DNA of 41,475 nucleotides from Kiritimatiellia bacterium (GCA_017457625.1 JAFTHC010000201.1:1-41475); one strand, 5' to 3'. Counted from the stretch's first letter, positions 1 through 8,337 are shown. Notes: a model not told the origin generated them from the sequence alone. Numbers and translations: made by a program.

Positions 1-767
1 ATCTCCGCGTGGCGCGTGTCGTGGAGGAAGGGGACCTCGACGTCGCCTCCGGGGGCGTGGAAGGTCCGGTCGCGCGTGGCGTCCTTCTCGAAGGGCATGT
101 CCCACTTGGCTTTGAGGTAGACCGTGTCGACGGCGACGAGGCGCGTGAGCGGATCGTCGAGGACGGGCGGCTGGATCAGGTCCTTGATGCGGTCGTGGGT
201 CTTCTCGGCGACGAAGGCGTTGATCTCCTTGCGACCCTTGGCGCCCATCCAGGTGAGGCGGACGTCGGCGTCGAAGGCGTCGCGGGCAAGGGAGCGGAAG
301 CTCTCGGACAGGGCGAACCCGGGCTTGATCCAGAGCGAATCGGAAAGCTCGAGCGCGACGTCCTCGTTCGCGGCGCGGGAAAGATTCGTGCGCGCCTCGC
401 GGAAGGTCGCGCAAACGGCATCGGGCTCGGGCGGCTCGGTGCCGCCGAGCTGCAGCGCGAAGGCCATCCCCTTCGCCGTATCCCCCCGCGCGCCGGTCTG
501 GAGCATCGCGAAGAGATTCGCCACGCCCCAGGGCGAGAGAACGACGTTTTCGTCCGCCGGCCGCACCGACGCGGCCTTGCGATAGAGCTCGGAGGCGAAG
601 TCGGCCTGGCGCCAGGGGCTCTGCGCGGCGGCGGACGCCGCCGCGCAGAGAAGGAAGAGCGCCGCTGCGCGGCGACTGAAGGGCGCGGTTCCGCCGCGAA
701 TGAAGGGCGGCGGCGTTGCCGCCGAATGAAAAGCGCCGCTGCGCGGCGAAGAAGGGAACGTATTCAT
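1..767 (-). CDS. Serpin family protein, probably secreted; partial, runs off the left edge; not in the ORF track
   Basis: Manual translation from ATG 767 (GAAAGGA SD-like upstream) is open to the edge: ENVVLSPWGVANLFAMLQTGARGDTA ... EINAFVAEKTHDRIKDLI ... TRLVAVDTVYLKAKWDMPFEKDATRDRTFH, matching serpin shutter, helix F and s3A motifs; hydrophobic AALFLLCAAASAAA signal-like segment. Confidence 0.9.
   Translation of the reverse strand, partial: MNTFPSSPRSGAFHSAATPPPFIRGGTAPFSRRAAALFLLCAAASAAAQSPWRQADFASELYRKAASVRPADENVVLSPWGVANLFAMLQTGARGDTAKGMAFALQLGGTEPPEPDAVCATFREARTNLSRAANEDVALELSDSLWIKPGFALSESFRSLARDAFDADVRLTWMGAKGRKEINAFVAEKTHDRIKDLIQPPVLDDPLTRLVAVDTVYLKAKWDMPFEKDATRDRTFHAPGGDVEVPFLHDTRHAE
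654..756. repeat. Four tandem 23-26 bp REP-like hairpin units inside the serpin 5' coding region
   Basis: Units (T)GAARRGC-hairpin-GA(A/C); hairpins cgccgc-tgc-gcggcg (660-674 and 734-748), cgcgg-ttccg-ccgcg (684-698), cggcggc-gtt-gccgccg (708-724). Confidence 0.75.
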
Positions 768-874
768 GTGGCATCCTTTCCGCCTATACTCTCTCACAAT
801 CTGCCTACATTATCAAGATGAAGGAGAAGCACGTCTGGCGTTTGGCCCGACGCAAGACGCCAGACGAAAACTCA

Positions 875-974
875 CTCCGCGGCCTCCGCGGACTCCGCGT
901 GATGATTGGGCTCTGCGCGCTCTGCGTTCTCTGCGTGATGATTGGGCTCTGTGCGCTCTGCGTTCTCTGCGTGA
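875..974. repeat. Intergenic tandem repeat, about 3 x 36 bp, each unit built from three 9-bp CTCYGCGNN subunits
   Basis: ctccgcggcctccgcggactccgcgtgatgattggg / ctctgcgcgctctgcgttctctgcgtgatgattggg / ctctgtgcgctctgcgttctctgcgtga. Confidence 0.9.
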
Positions 975-1000
975 GATTCAAGCCGCCCCCGGAGGCGGGG

Positions 1001-2275
1001 CTACACGGCGCGGAAGGAGGCGATGCGGGGCTCGTCGAGCGAGCGCTCGATCCGCAGGCGCAGCGTGCCGGCGGGTAGCGGCGGAAGGTCGAGGTAGCGG
1101 CGGCGGCCGATGGTCTCGCCGGAGGCGACGGTCGTCCAGCCCTCCGCGCCCGCGGGGCGGTGCTGGATGGAGAACCCCGCCACGCGCTGGCCGAGGCGGA
1201 TGTCCTCCTCGATCCATGCGCCGCGCGCGGTCCGGCCCTCCGGGAGGGCGAGCGCGATGCCGCCGCACGGGCCGATCTGCGCCTCGGCGAGCGTCGGGCC
1301 GAGGAGCTTGTCCGTCTCGGCGCGCAGTTCGCGGAGGCGCGCGGCGTCGGCCTCCGAGATGAGCCCCTCGCGCGTCGGCGGGAGGTTGAGGATGAAGCCG
1401 TAGCCGCGCCCGACGCTGTCCTTCCAGATGCGGACGAGCCAGTCGAGCGGGATGGGCGCGTCGCCGTCGCGGTGGAACCAGTGCGTGTCCTGCCGGATCG
1501 AGACGTCGACCTCGGCGGGCTTCCACTTCGCGCCGGCGGGGTCGCCGTGGCGCAGCAGCTCCAGCCCGGCGGCGTCCTCCTCGGCCCAGCGGTCGTGGAA
1601 GCCGCACCAGCACGGGTCGGAGGACCTGCCGGCCTCGTTGCCGATCCAGCGCAGGTCGGCCCCGCCGAAGTTGCCGAAGATCGCGGCCTGCGGCTGCCAG
1701 CGGTCGCGCGCGGCGACGATCTCCGCCCACGGGTAGTAGCTCTTCTGGTCGATGGAGCGCTTCTCGCGGGCGCCGCCGTAGAAGCCGTCGCCGCCGTTGG
1801 CGCCGTCGAACCAGACCTCCGCGAGCGGCCCGTACTGCGTGAAGAGCTCCTCGAGCTGGCGCAGGTAGTAGTCGCGGTAGGAGGGCGTGCCGTAGTCGGC
1901 GCGGTTGCGGTCCCAGGGCGAAAGGTAGAGCCCGGCCTCGATGCCCTCGGCGGCGCAGGCGTCGACGAACTCGCGCACGACGTCGCCCTTGCCGCCGCGC
2001 CACGGCGAGTTGCGGACGCAGTGCTCGGTCCACTTCGTCGGCCAGAGGCAGAAGCCGTCGTGGTGCTTGGCGGTGAGGACGAGGCGCGACATGCCGCCCT
2101 CGCGGGCGACGCGCGCCCACTGGCGGCAGTCCAGCGCGGTCGGCGCGAAGATCGCGGGATCCTCGTCGCCGAGGCCCCATTCGCGGCCGGTGAACGTGTT
2201 GGGACCGAAGTGGACGAACCCGTAGAAGGGTTTTTCGTGCCAGGCGAGCTGGCGGGCGCTGGGAAGGGGGATCAT
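1001..2275 (-). CDS. Alpha-L-fucosidase (GH29), no signal peptide
   Basis: C-terminal part of ORF 1001..3721: FVHFGPNTF, LTAKHHDGFCLWPT, GLYLSPWDRN, EVWFDGANG, RWIGNEAG, PAEVDVSIR; ATG 2275 overlaps the upstream TGA (ATGA). Confidence 0.95.
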   Translation of the reverse strand: MIPLPSARQLAWHEKPFYGFVHFGPNTFTGREWGLGDEDPAIFAPTALDCRQWARVAREGGMSRLVLTAKHHDGFCLWPTKWTEHCVRNSPWRGGKGDVVREFVDACAAEGIEAGLYLSPWDRNRADYGTPSYRDYYLRQLEELFTQYGPLAEVWFDGANGGDGFYGGAREKRSIDQKSYYPWAEIVAARDRWQPQAAIFGNFGGADLRWIGNEAGRSSDPCWCGFHDRWAEEDAAGLELLRHGDPAGAKWKPAEVDVSIRQDTHWFHRDGDAPIPLDWLVRIWKDSVGRGYGFILNLPPTREGLISEADAARLRELRAETDKLLGPTLAEAQIGPCGGIALALPEGRTARGAWIEEDIRLGQRVAGFSIQHRPAGAEGWTTVASGETIGRRRYLDLPPLPAGTLRLRIERSLDEPRIASFRAV

Positions 2276-3684
2276 CGTGAGAGCTCCGGGGCGGGGACGA
2301 GGAAAACGGACGCGGTCCGCGTGTGACGGAAATACGCCACGGCGGGGGCGGGCGGGGTGCGCTCGCCGGCGCGCAGGGCGTCGCACCAGTCGAGGTAGGA
2401 GCCGAGCGTCGCGGTCGCGTCCACGCCGCGGAAGACGACGGGCAGCGGGACGGCCGGCAGGACCGGGGCGTTGCCGTGGCTCGCGAGGAAGACCCGCCGC
2501 GCGGCCGCGGCCCCGCGGCCGCGCAGGAGCGCTTCGCAGAAGGGCGCGAGGAGGTTGTCGTCCAGGACGGCCACGGCGTCGAACCCCGCGCGCGGATGCG
2601 CGACGAGCAGCGCGAAGAGGCGGCGCATCTGCACGGAATCCGCCGGCGAGAGCGCCTGGAAACCGAATTCGCCGCATCGCAGCCCCGCCCGCGCCGCCGC
2701 GGCGCGGAGCCCCGCCTCGCGCGCGTCGGGCTCGTTCTGCGGCGTCCGCGCGGCGAGGAAGACGACCTCGCGGCGTCCGGCCTCGCGGCATTCCTCCACG
2801 AGCGCCTTCGCGGTGCGTTCCGGCACGTCGCCCCATCCCGACACGGGCGCGATGCGCGGGCCGATCCGGTGCGGCCGCAGCCAGCAGCCGCTCTCCGGCA
2901 GCCCCGGCAGACGCGGGATCGACGCCGGATGGTCCGTCTCCTGTGCGGCGAAATTCCGGAAGAAGACGCCCTGCCACCGCCGCAGAATGCACGCCTCCCG
3001 GAGCCGGACGTAGTCGGGCGCGGACACGTCCCTTCCCGGCCGCGCCTCGTCGAACGACACGCGGCGCGCGGAGGAGAGCGCCTTCGCCGCGGCGCGCAGC
3101 GCCCGGTCGAACCCGTCGCCGTCGTCCGGGCGTTCCCGGGTTCCCCCGAGGACCAGCAGGTGCCGCCCGCGGTCGGGGGCGTCCTCCGCGGCGGCGGGTC
3201 CTCCGCCGCGCGTCGGGCGAACGAGGAACCCTTCCCGCTCCAGCGCGCGGTAGGCGCGCCGGACGGTCGCCTCGCTGCATCCGCGCTGCGCGGCTTCGGC
3301 GCGGGCGGACGGCAGCCGCGCGCCGGGGCGGACCGCGCCGGACGCGACGCGGTCGCGGAGCCGGCGCACGAGCGCGTCGAGCCGCCCGGCAGCCGTGGCG
3401 GGCGCCTTCGCGCCGGCCGCCCGAACCGCCGCCGGCCCCGGTTTGCGGCCGCGTCCCGGCCGGTCCGCGAGGCCCGCCGTCCCTTCCGTGGCGAAGCGGC
3501 GAAGCCACAGCCGGACCGTGTTCCGGTCCACGCCCTCGCGGCGCGCGATTTCGCGGACGGCGGCGCCGTCCGCCGCCGCAAGGACGATCCGCGCCCGGCG
3601 CGCGGCGCGCTCCGGGTCGCGCGCGGCGATCCGATCCAGCGCGGCGCGGCCGGCGGCGCCGAAAACGATTCGGGACTCCTTCAT
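2272..3684 (-). CDS. Transcriptional regulator: IS630/Tc1-like HTH + GntR winged HTH + LacI-like ligand-binding domain
   Basis: RRARIVLAAADGAAVREIARREGVDRNTVRLWLRRFATEGTAGLADRPGRGRKP, then LRDRVASGAVRPGARLPSARAEAAQRGCSEATVRRAYRALEREGFL, then a periplasmic-binding-fold-like region (FDAVAVLDDNL, LASHGN). Confidence 0.8.
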   Translation of the reverse strand: MKESRIVFGAAGRAALDRIAARDPERAARRARIVLAAADGAAVREIARREGVDRNTVRLWLRRFATEGTAGLADRPGRGRKPGPAAVRAAGAKAPATAAGRLDALVRRLRDRVASGAVRPGARLPSARAEAAQRGCSEATVRRAYRALEREGFLVRPTRGGGPAAAEDAPDRGRHLLVLGGTRERPDDGDGFDRALRAAAKALSSARRVSFDEARPGRDVSAPDYVRLREACILRRWQGVFFRNFAAQETDHPASIPRLPGLPESGCWLRPHRIGPRIAPVSGWGDVPERTAKALVEECREAGRREVVFLAARTPQNEPDAREAGLRAAAARAGLRCGEFGFQALSPADSVQMRRLFALLVAHPRAGFDAVAVLDDNLLAPFCEALLRGRGAAAARRVFLASHGNAPVLPAVPLPVVFRGVDATATLGSYLDWCDALRAGERTPPAPAVAYFRHTRTASVFLVPAPELSR

Positions 3685-3692
3685 GGCGGCCG

Positions 3693-3721
3693 ATGATAGA
3701 ACGGCGCCGCGGACAAGTCAA
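3693..3721 (-). promoter_or_regulatory. sigma70-type promoter of the regulator-fucosidase unit, probably leaderless
   Basis: TTGACT-17nt-TATCAT, ATG 8 nt downstream, no SD. Confidence 0.7.
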
Positions 3722-3835
3722 TCAGAAACTCACCTGGATTGAAAAAAATTCACCCTTTCCGGACCGGGCGGAATCTGACAGAATGCATGTTGTCCGGTTC
3801 CTTCATCGCCGATCCCCACCGTGGAGTCCCGTCCC

Positions 3836-5911
3836 ATGAAACGAATCCCGCTTTCCCCGCTTTTCGCGCTCGCAGCGCTCCCGCTCCTTTCCGCGTCGGC
3901 CTCGACCGGCGTTTCGCCGGATGAATACGTCCTGTCGCCCGACCTGACGGACTCGTTCGCGGGAACCGCGACCTCGTCCGAAATCCTTTCCGGCTATCCG
4001 GCCTCCAACGCCTTCGACAACGACGTCTCGACCCGGGCGGGCCGCTGGCTCGGCGTCGTCCAGTCCGGCGACGCGATCGGCTGGATCCGCTGGGATTTCG
4101 CGGACGGCGCGCACGTCGTGCGCGCCTATTCGTTCATGTCGCACGTCGAGACGCACGAGAGCCGCGCACCGACCGCCTGGCGGTTCGAAGGCTCCAACGA
4201 CGGCGGCGACACGTGGACGACGCTCGACACGGTCTCCGGCTCGGTGGGCTGGGTGCAGGCCGCGACGCGCCTCTACGTCTTCGAGAACGAGACGGCGTAT
4301 TCGTCCTACCGCTGGACGATCACGGCCCGCGGGAGCAACGGCGACCAGTATTACGGGCTGCAGGAGATCGAGCTGCACGAGACGGCGTCGAAGAATTCGT
4401 CCGGGTCCGGCACCTGGGGCGACCGGCGCGACATCACGGAAACGATCGATCCCTCGGTCGACGACTTCGAACGGGTGTCGGATCTCACGTCGCCCGGCAT
4501 CGGCACCGTGACCTTCTCGTCCGCCTACTCGACCTTCACGGGCGAAAAGATGTTCGACGACGACTGGACGACGACCGCCGGGCGCTGGCTCGCGATCCCC
4601 GCCGTCCTCGGGACGATGCCGGACATAACCGACGCCTTCCCCGGGACGGTCTCCGGATCGCCGACGCACGCCGACTACACCGTCGCCGGCGCGTTCGACA
4701 ACGACACCACGAGCCAGAGCGGCCGCTGGCTCGGCGCCGTCCAGTCCGGCGACGAAAAGGCCTGGCTCCGCTGGGATTTCTCCGACGGCCCGCACGCCCT
4801 CGGCGGCTACGGCTTCAAGGCGGCGACCGTCGGACACCTCTTGTCGAAAGACAATCGCTCGCCCCGTGCCTGGACGCTGTCCGGCTCCAACGACGGCGGC
4901 GCAACGTGGACGCCCCTCGATTCCGTCTCCGGGGAGACCTACTGGCAGGCGGGCGAGGAGCGGCTCTATCTCCTCGAGCGCGAAGCGGCGTATTCCTCCT
5001 ACCGGTTCTCCTTCACCGAGAACGGCGCGTCCGATTACATCGCCCTCAGCGAGATCGAACTGTATTCCGCCGCGGACGCCGCCACGAACGCGACCGGCCG
5101 CGCCTGGGTGCAGCTGGAAGTTCCCGAGGCGATCCGCCCCAACGGCTACGTGCTGCGTTCCCTCCCCCAGAACACCGGCGCGGAGGAGCGCTGCCCGACG
5201 GCGTGGCGCCTGCTTGCGTCGAACGACGGCGTCTCGTGGACGGTTCTGGACCGGCGGACCAGGCAGTCCACGTGGGGGAACCAGGAGTCCCGCCGCTTCG
5301 ACTTCGCCAATGCCGCCGCCTGGCGGTTCTGGCGGCTCGTCCTGGACGGCAGCCCCGGCCGGCAGTCCGGAGACAACGTCGGCTACCTCGCGTTTTCCGA
5401 ACTGGAACTGTTCGACTACGACGCCGGCGGCGCCGCCGGCGCCAGCCGCGTCCGGAGCTCCCCCAGCTACAGCAACGGAAGCGACCGCCACTGCATCGGC
5501 GCCAAGGCCTTCGACGGCGACCTGACGACCGCCGGCGGCGAGTGGATGGCGCTCGTGCAGGAGGACGTCGAGAAGGCGTGGGTCTCCTACCGCTTCGACA
5601 GCAAGGTCTATGTGGACGGCTACGGCCTCGCGGCCTACGCCGATTCCGTCCGCGCCCCGATCCGCTCGCCGTCCCGGTGGACGCTCTACGGTTCGAACGA
5701 CGGCGGCCGCTCTTGGACCGAACTCGATTCGCGCATGAAGACCACGTGGGCGCCCGGGGAAAAGTGCGTCTACGACGCCGCCTCGCCCGGCCGGTATTCG
5801 CTCTTCAAGTTCGCCGTCACTGGCCGGGGAAGCGACCCGGACTACGTCGGCCTCCAGGAGGTCGAGCTTTACGGTTCGCTCTCGGAAGGCACCTTCATCC
5901 TCGTGCGCTAG
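3836..5911 (+). CDS. Secreted protein with four discoidin/F5-8 type C (CBM32-like) domains and C-terminal GTFILVR tail
   Basis: Signal peptide MKRIPLSPLFALAALPLLSASA; four copies each of xFDxD...G[RE]W[LM], PxxWxLxxSNDG..WT.LD and ExEL[YFH] motifs. Confidence 0.8.
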   Translation: MKRIPLSPLFALAALPLLSASASTGVSPDEYVLSPDLTDSFAGTATSSEILSGYPASNAFDNDVSTRAGRWLGVVQSGDAIGWIRWDFADGAHVVRAYSFMSHVETHESRAPTAWRFEGSNDGGDTWTTLDTVSGSVGWVQAATRLYVFENETAYSSYRWTITARGSNGDQYYGLQEIELHETASKNSSGSGTWGDRRDITETIDPSVDDFERVSDLTSPGIGTVTFSSAYSTFTGEKMFDDDWTTTAGRWLAIPAVLGTMPDITDAFPGTVSGSPTHADYTVAGAFDNDTTSQSGRWLGAVQSGDEKAWLRWDFSDGPHALGGYGFKAATVGHLLSKDNRSPRAWTLSGSNDGGATWTPLDSVSGETYWQAGEERLYLLEREAAYSSYRFSFTENGASDYIALSEIELYSAADAATNATGRAWVQLEVPEAIRPNGYVLRSLPQNTGAEERCPTAWRLLASNDGVSWTVLDRRTRQSTWGNQESRRFDFANAAAWRFWRLVLDGSPGRQSGDNVGYLAFSELELFDYDAGGAAGASRVRSSPSYSNGSDRHCIGAKAFDGDLTTAGGEWMALVQEDVEKAWVSYRFDSKVYVDGYGLAAYADSVRAPIRSPSRWTLYGSNDGGRSWTELDSRMKTTWAPGEKCVYDAASPGRYSLFKFAVTGRGSDPDYVGLQEVELYGSLSEGTFILVR

Positions 5912-5913
5912 CG

Positions 5914-8271
5914 ATGGACGCGCCCGCGTTCCGCGTTTTCTCCCTCGTGACACGCGACGGGCGGCGGCTCGTCCGGCGCGGAAGCGGCGCGGAGGCCGTC
6001 TGGGCGCTCGTCCCCGAGGCGGACCTGCCGCCCGGCACGCCGCCGCCCCGGCGCTGGACGGTCTACGGCGTCAAGAGCGCGCACTCGGACCTCGGGCTGC
6101 ACCGCGCCCCCGACGTCCAGCGCCGCAACGCCGCGGCGCGCCTCGACCGCGTCCGCGAGCTCGCGGCGGCCGACGCGCGCCCGGACGGCGACCCCGCCGC
6201 GCTGCGCTGGGTCGCGGAAGGCTGGTGGAGCTTCCTCGGCTACCCCGCCGCGCGCGACGCGGCGGCCGTGCGCGACCTGCTCGCGATGCACCGCCGCGGG
6301 CGGTTCGACGTGGGCAGCTGCTGGTGCGGCTCCACGACGCACGCGATGGGCTTCGAGGAGCTCTGCCGCTCGCTCTACGCCAAGCGCGAGATGGAGGAAA
6401 CGTGGGGCGTCCGGACGAAAACCGCGCAGATCGCCGACAACCCCGGCGTCTCGTGCGCGCTCGTCGGGCTCCTCGCCGACGCCGGCGTCCGCTACCTGAC
6501 GCACTGGCCGAACCATTACGCGATGGGGCTTGACGGACGGACGCTCTTCGCGGACGCGACCTCACCCGACCGCCCGTGCGTCTTCTGGTGGGAGGCGCCC
6601 GACGGCCGGAGCCGCGTCCTCGTCTGGACGAACGAGCGCGCCTACATCGGCGGCGGCGAGTTCGGCCTCGGCACCGCGTTCATCGATCCGCCCTCGCACC
6701 CCTTCCCCGAGCAGGCGCCGCCGGTCCCCGCCGAGTGGGCGCCCGACATGGACAAGTGGGAGCGCACGACCGCCGAGCGCCTCGCCGCGCTCGAGGCGGC
6801 CGTTCCCTACGACACGTGGCTCTTCCCGGACTACCACGACGACGAGGTCCCCTCGACGCGTCTCGCCGACGCCTTCGCCGCGTGGAACGCGAAGTGGGCG
6901 ACGCCCGTCTTCCGCACCGTCGGCTCGCTCGACGAGCCGTTCGAGCGGCTGGAGGCGCGCTGGGGCGACCGCATCCCGGTCCTGCGCGGCGACCTGCCGT
7001 GCGCGTGGGACCGCGCCACGCCCGCCTTCGCGGACCTGCTCGCGCGCAAGTTCGCCGCCGACCGCGCGCTGCCCCTCGCGGAGGCGCGCGCCGCCGTCGC
7101 CGACGCGGCGTCCGGCGCGCCGTTCCCCCGCGAGCGCTTCGACCGCGCGTGGAAAGCCCTTTTCTTCTTCGACGACCATTCCTACGGCTTCAGCGGCTAC
7201 AGCGGAACCCGCGTTTACGAAACCTGGGCGCAGCGCCGCGCCTGGCTCGAGGAGGCGGAAGCGGCGGCGGGCGTCACCGCCGCCGCGCCGGAGGGTTCGG
7301 GGGGCGGCGCCCCCCGTTCCTCGCAAACCCTCGAAAACCGCTGGTATCGCATCGAGGTCCGCGAGGACGGCGCGCTCCTCTCGATCTTCGACAAGGAACT
7401 CGGCCGCGAGCTGCTCGCCGCGCCCGCGAACGTCCTGCACTACACGCGCGACCGCTACGCCTCGTGGAGCGATCCGGCGGCGCTCCGCGCCCGCCGCATC
7501 GCCTCGTCGGTGAGCCTCGCGGACGACCGCAAGGCGATCCGGATCGAGAATGTCATCGAGGGCGCCGCGGACCTCGTGGAGGGCGAACGCCAGAAGCGCT
7601 TCGGCCACTACGCCTTCCCGTTCGCGTTGGAGAATCCGCGCTTCGCGGCGCAGCTCAACGGGCCCGTCGTCGATCCCTTCCGCGACGCCCTGCCGCAGGT
7701 CGCCAACTCCTACTGCTGCATCCGCGACTGGTGTGCGGTCGAGGACGGCGCCTGCGGCGTCGCTTTGATCCAGCCCGACACCTGGGCGATGGAGTTCGGG
7801 CGGCAGCACGGCGCCGAAGCCTACGCCCGCGAAGCGGCCCCCGCCTCCGCCGCGATGTGGAGCGTCGCCTTCGCCGACGGCCTCCGGTGGCACTGGACGG
7901 AGCCGCCGTCGTTCCGGTTCCGCTACGTCGTCACGTCCTACGCCGGCACGTGGCGCGAGGCGGACCTGCCCGCCTTCGCCGCGCGCGAAGTCGGCGCGCT
8001 CGCGGCCGACCCGGACGTCGCGCGCCGCGTCTCGTGCGACGCGCCGGGCGTCGAGCTCGTCGCGCTGAAGCCGGCGCTCGACGGCCGCGGCTTCGTGGCG
8101 CGCTTCCGCGAAACCCGGGGCCGCGCCGTCCGCGCGCGCGTCCGGCAGGACCTCGTCCCCGGCGCGAGCCTCGTCCTCTGCGACCTTCTCGAACGCCCCC
8201 GCGCGGAACTCCCCGGCGGGGCGCTCGACCTCGCCCCCTTCGCCTTCGCGACCGTCCGGATCGGGCCGTAG
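5914..8271 (+). CDS. GH38-like (alpha-mannosidase-fold) glycoside hydrolase
   Basis: C-terminal part of ORF 4213..8271: WTVYGVKSAHSDLGLH, DNPGVS, FWWEAPDGRSRVLVW, LENRWYRIEV, LKPALDGRGFVARFRETRG, LDLAPFAFATVRI; ATG 2 nt after the upstream TAG. Confidence 0.75.
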   Translation: MDAPAFRVFSLVTRDGRRLVRRGSGAEAVWALVPEADLPPGTPPPRRWTVYGVKSAHSDLGLHRAPDVQRRNAAARLDRVRELAAADARPDGDPAALRWVAEGWWSFLGYPAARDAAAVRDLLAMHRRGRFDVGSCWCGSTTHAMGFEELCRSLYAKREMEETWGVRTKTAQIADNPGVSCALVGLLADAGVRYLTHWPNHYAMGLDGRTLFADATSPDRPCVFWWEAPDGRSRVLVWTNERAYIGGGEFGLGTAFIDPPSHPFPEQAPPVPAEWAPDMDKWERTTAERLAALEAAVPYDTWLFPDYHDDEVPSTRLADAFAAWNAKWATPVFRTVGSLDEPFERLEARWGDRIPVLRGDLPCAWDRATPAFADLLARKFAADRALPLAEARAAVADAASGAPFPRERFDRAWKALFFFDDHSYGFSGYSGTRVYETWAQRRAWLEEAEAAAGVTAAAPEGSGGGAPRSSQTLENRWYRIEVREDGALLSIFDKELGRELLAAPANVLHYTRDRYASWSDPAALRARRIASSVSLADDRKAIRIENVIEGAADLVEGERQKRFGHYAFPFALENPRFAAQLNGPVVDPFRDALPQVANSYCCIRDWCAVEDGACGVALIQPDTWAMEFGRQHGAEAYAREAAPASAAMWSVAFADGLRWHWTEPPSFRFRYVVTSYAGTWREADLPAFAAREVGALAADPDVARRVSCDAPGVELVALKPALDGRGFVARFRETRGRAVRARVRQDLVPGASLVLCDLLERPRAELPGGALDLAPFAFATVRIGP

Positions 8272-8300
8272 CGCGGCGGACCCGGAAATCCGCCGGCGCG

Positions 8301-8329
8301 TTGAACGCGGCGGCGGAATCGGCTATGAT
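8301..8329 (+). promoter_or_regulatory. sigma70-type promoter of queH, probably leaderless
   Basis: TTGAAC-17nt-TATGAT, ATG 8 nt downstream. Confidence 0.7.
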
Positions 8330-8337
8330 TCCGCCTC

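Noticed and set aside
654-756. Constant-flank, variable-core units as a mini-CRISPR or attC array
   Set aside because: Units are only 23-26 bp, the cores are themselves palindromes, two are identical, and no cas or integrase gene is present
9-821. Plus-strand ORF 9..821 as a gene
   Set aside because: It is antisense to a frame with clear serpin motifs
875-974. 36-bp repeats as a CRISPR array
   Set aside because: Units are directly adjacent with no unique spacers, and there are no cas genes in the window
3460-3684. Intact IS630 insertion sequence
   Set aside because: Only the HTH is present; no DDE catalytic domain or terminal inverted repeats were seen, and the segment is in frame with the regulator
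3711-3795. GGACAA...TTGTCC inverted pair as the GntR operator
   Set aside because: Half-sites are about 75 nt apart and only 6 bp long; not supportable without comparative data
4213-5913. N-terminal extensions in the ORF track (4213..8271, 1001..3721, 13342..17418, 19246..21879, 23826..26117, 26196..29762, 37105..40767)
   Set aside because: The extensions overlap other real genes; family motifs begin at the downstream ATGs used in the feature list
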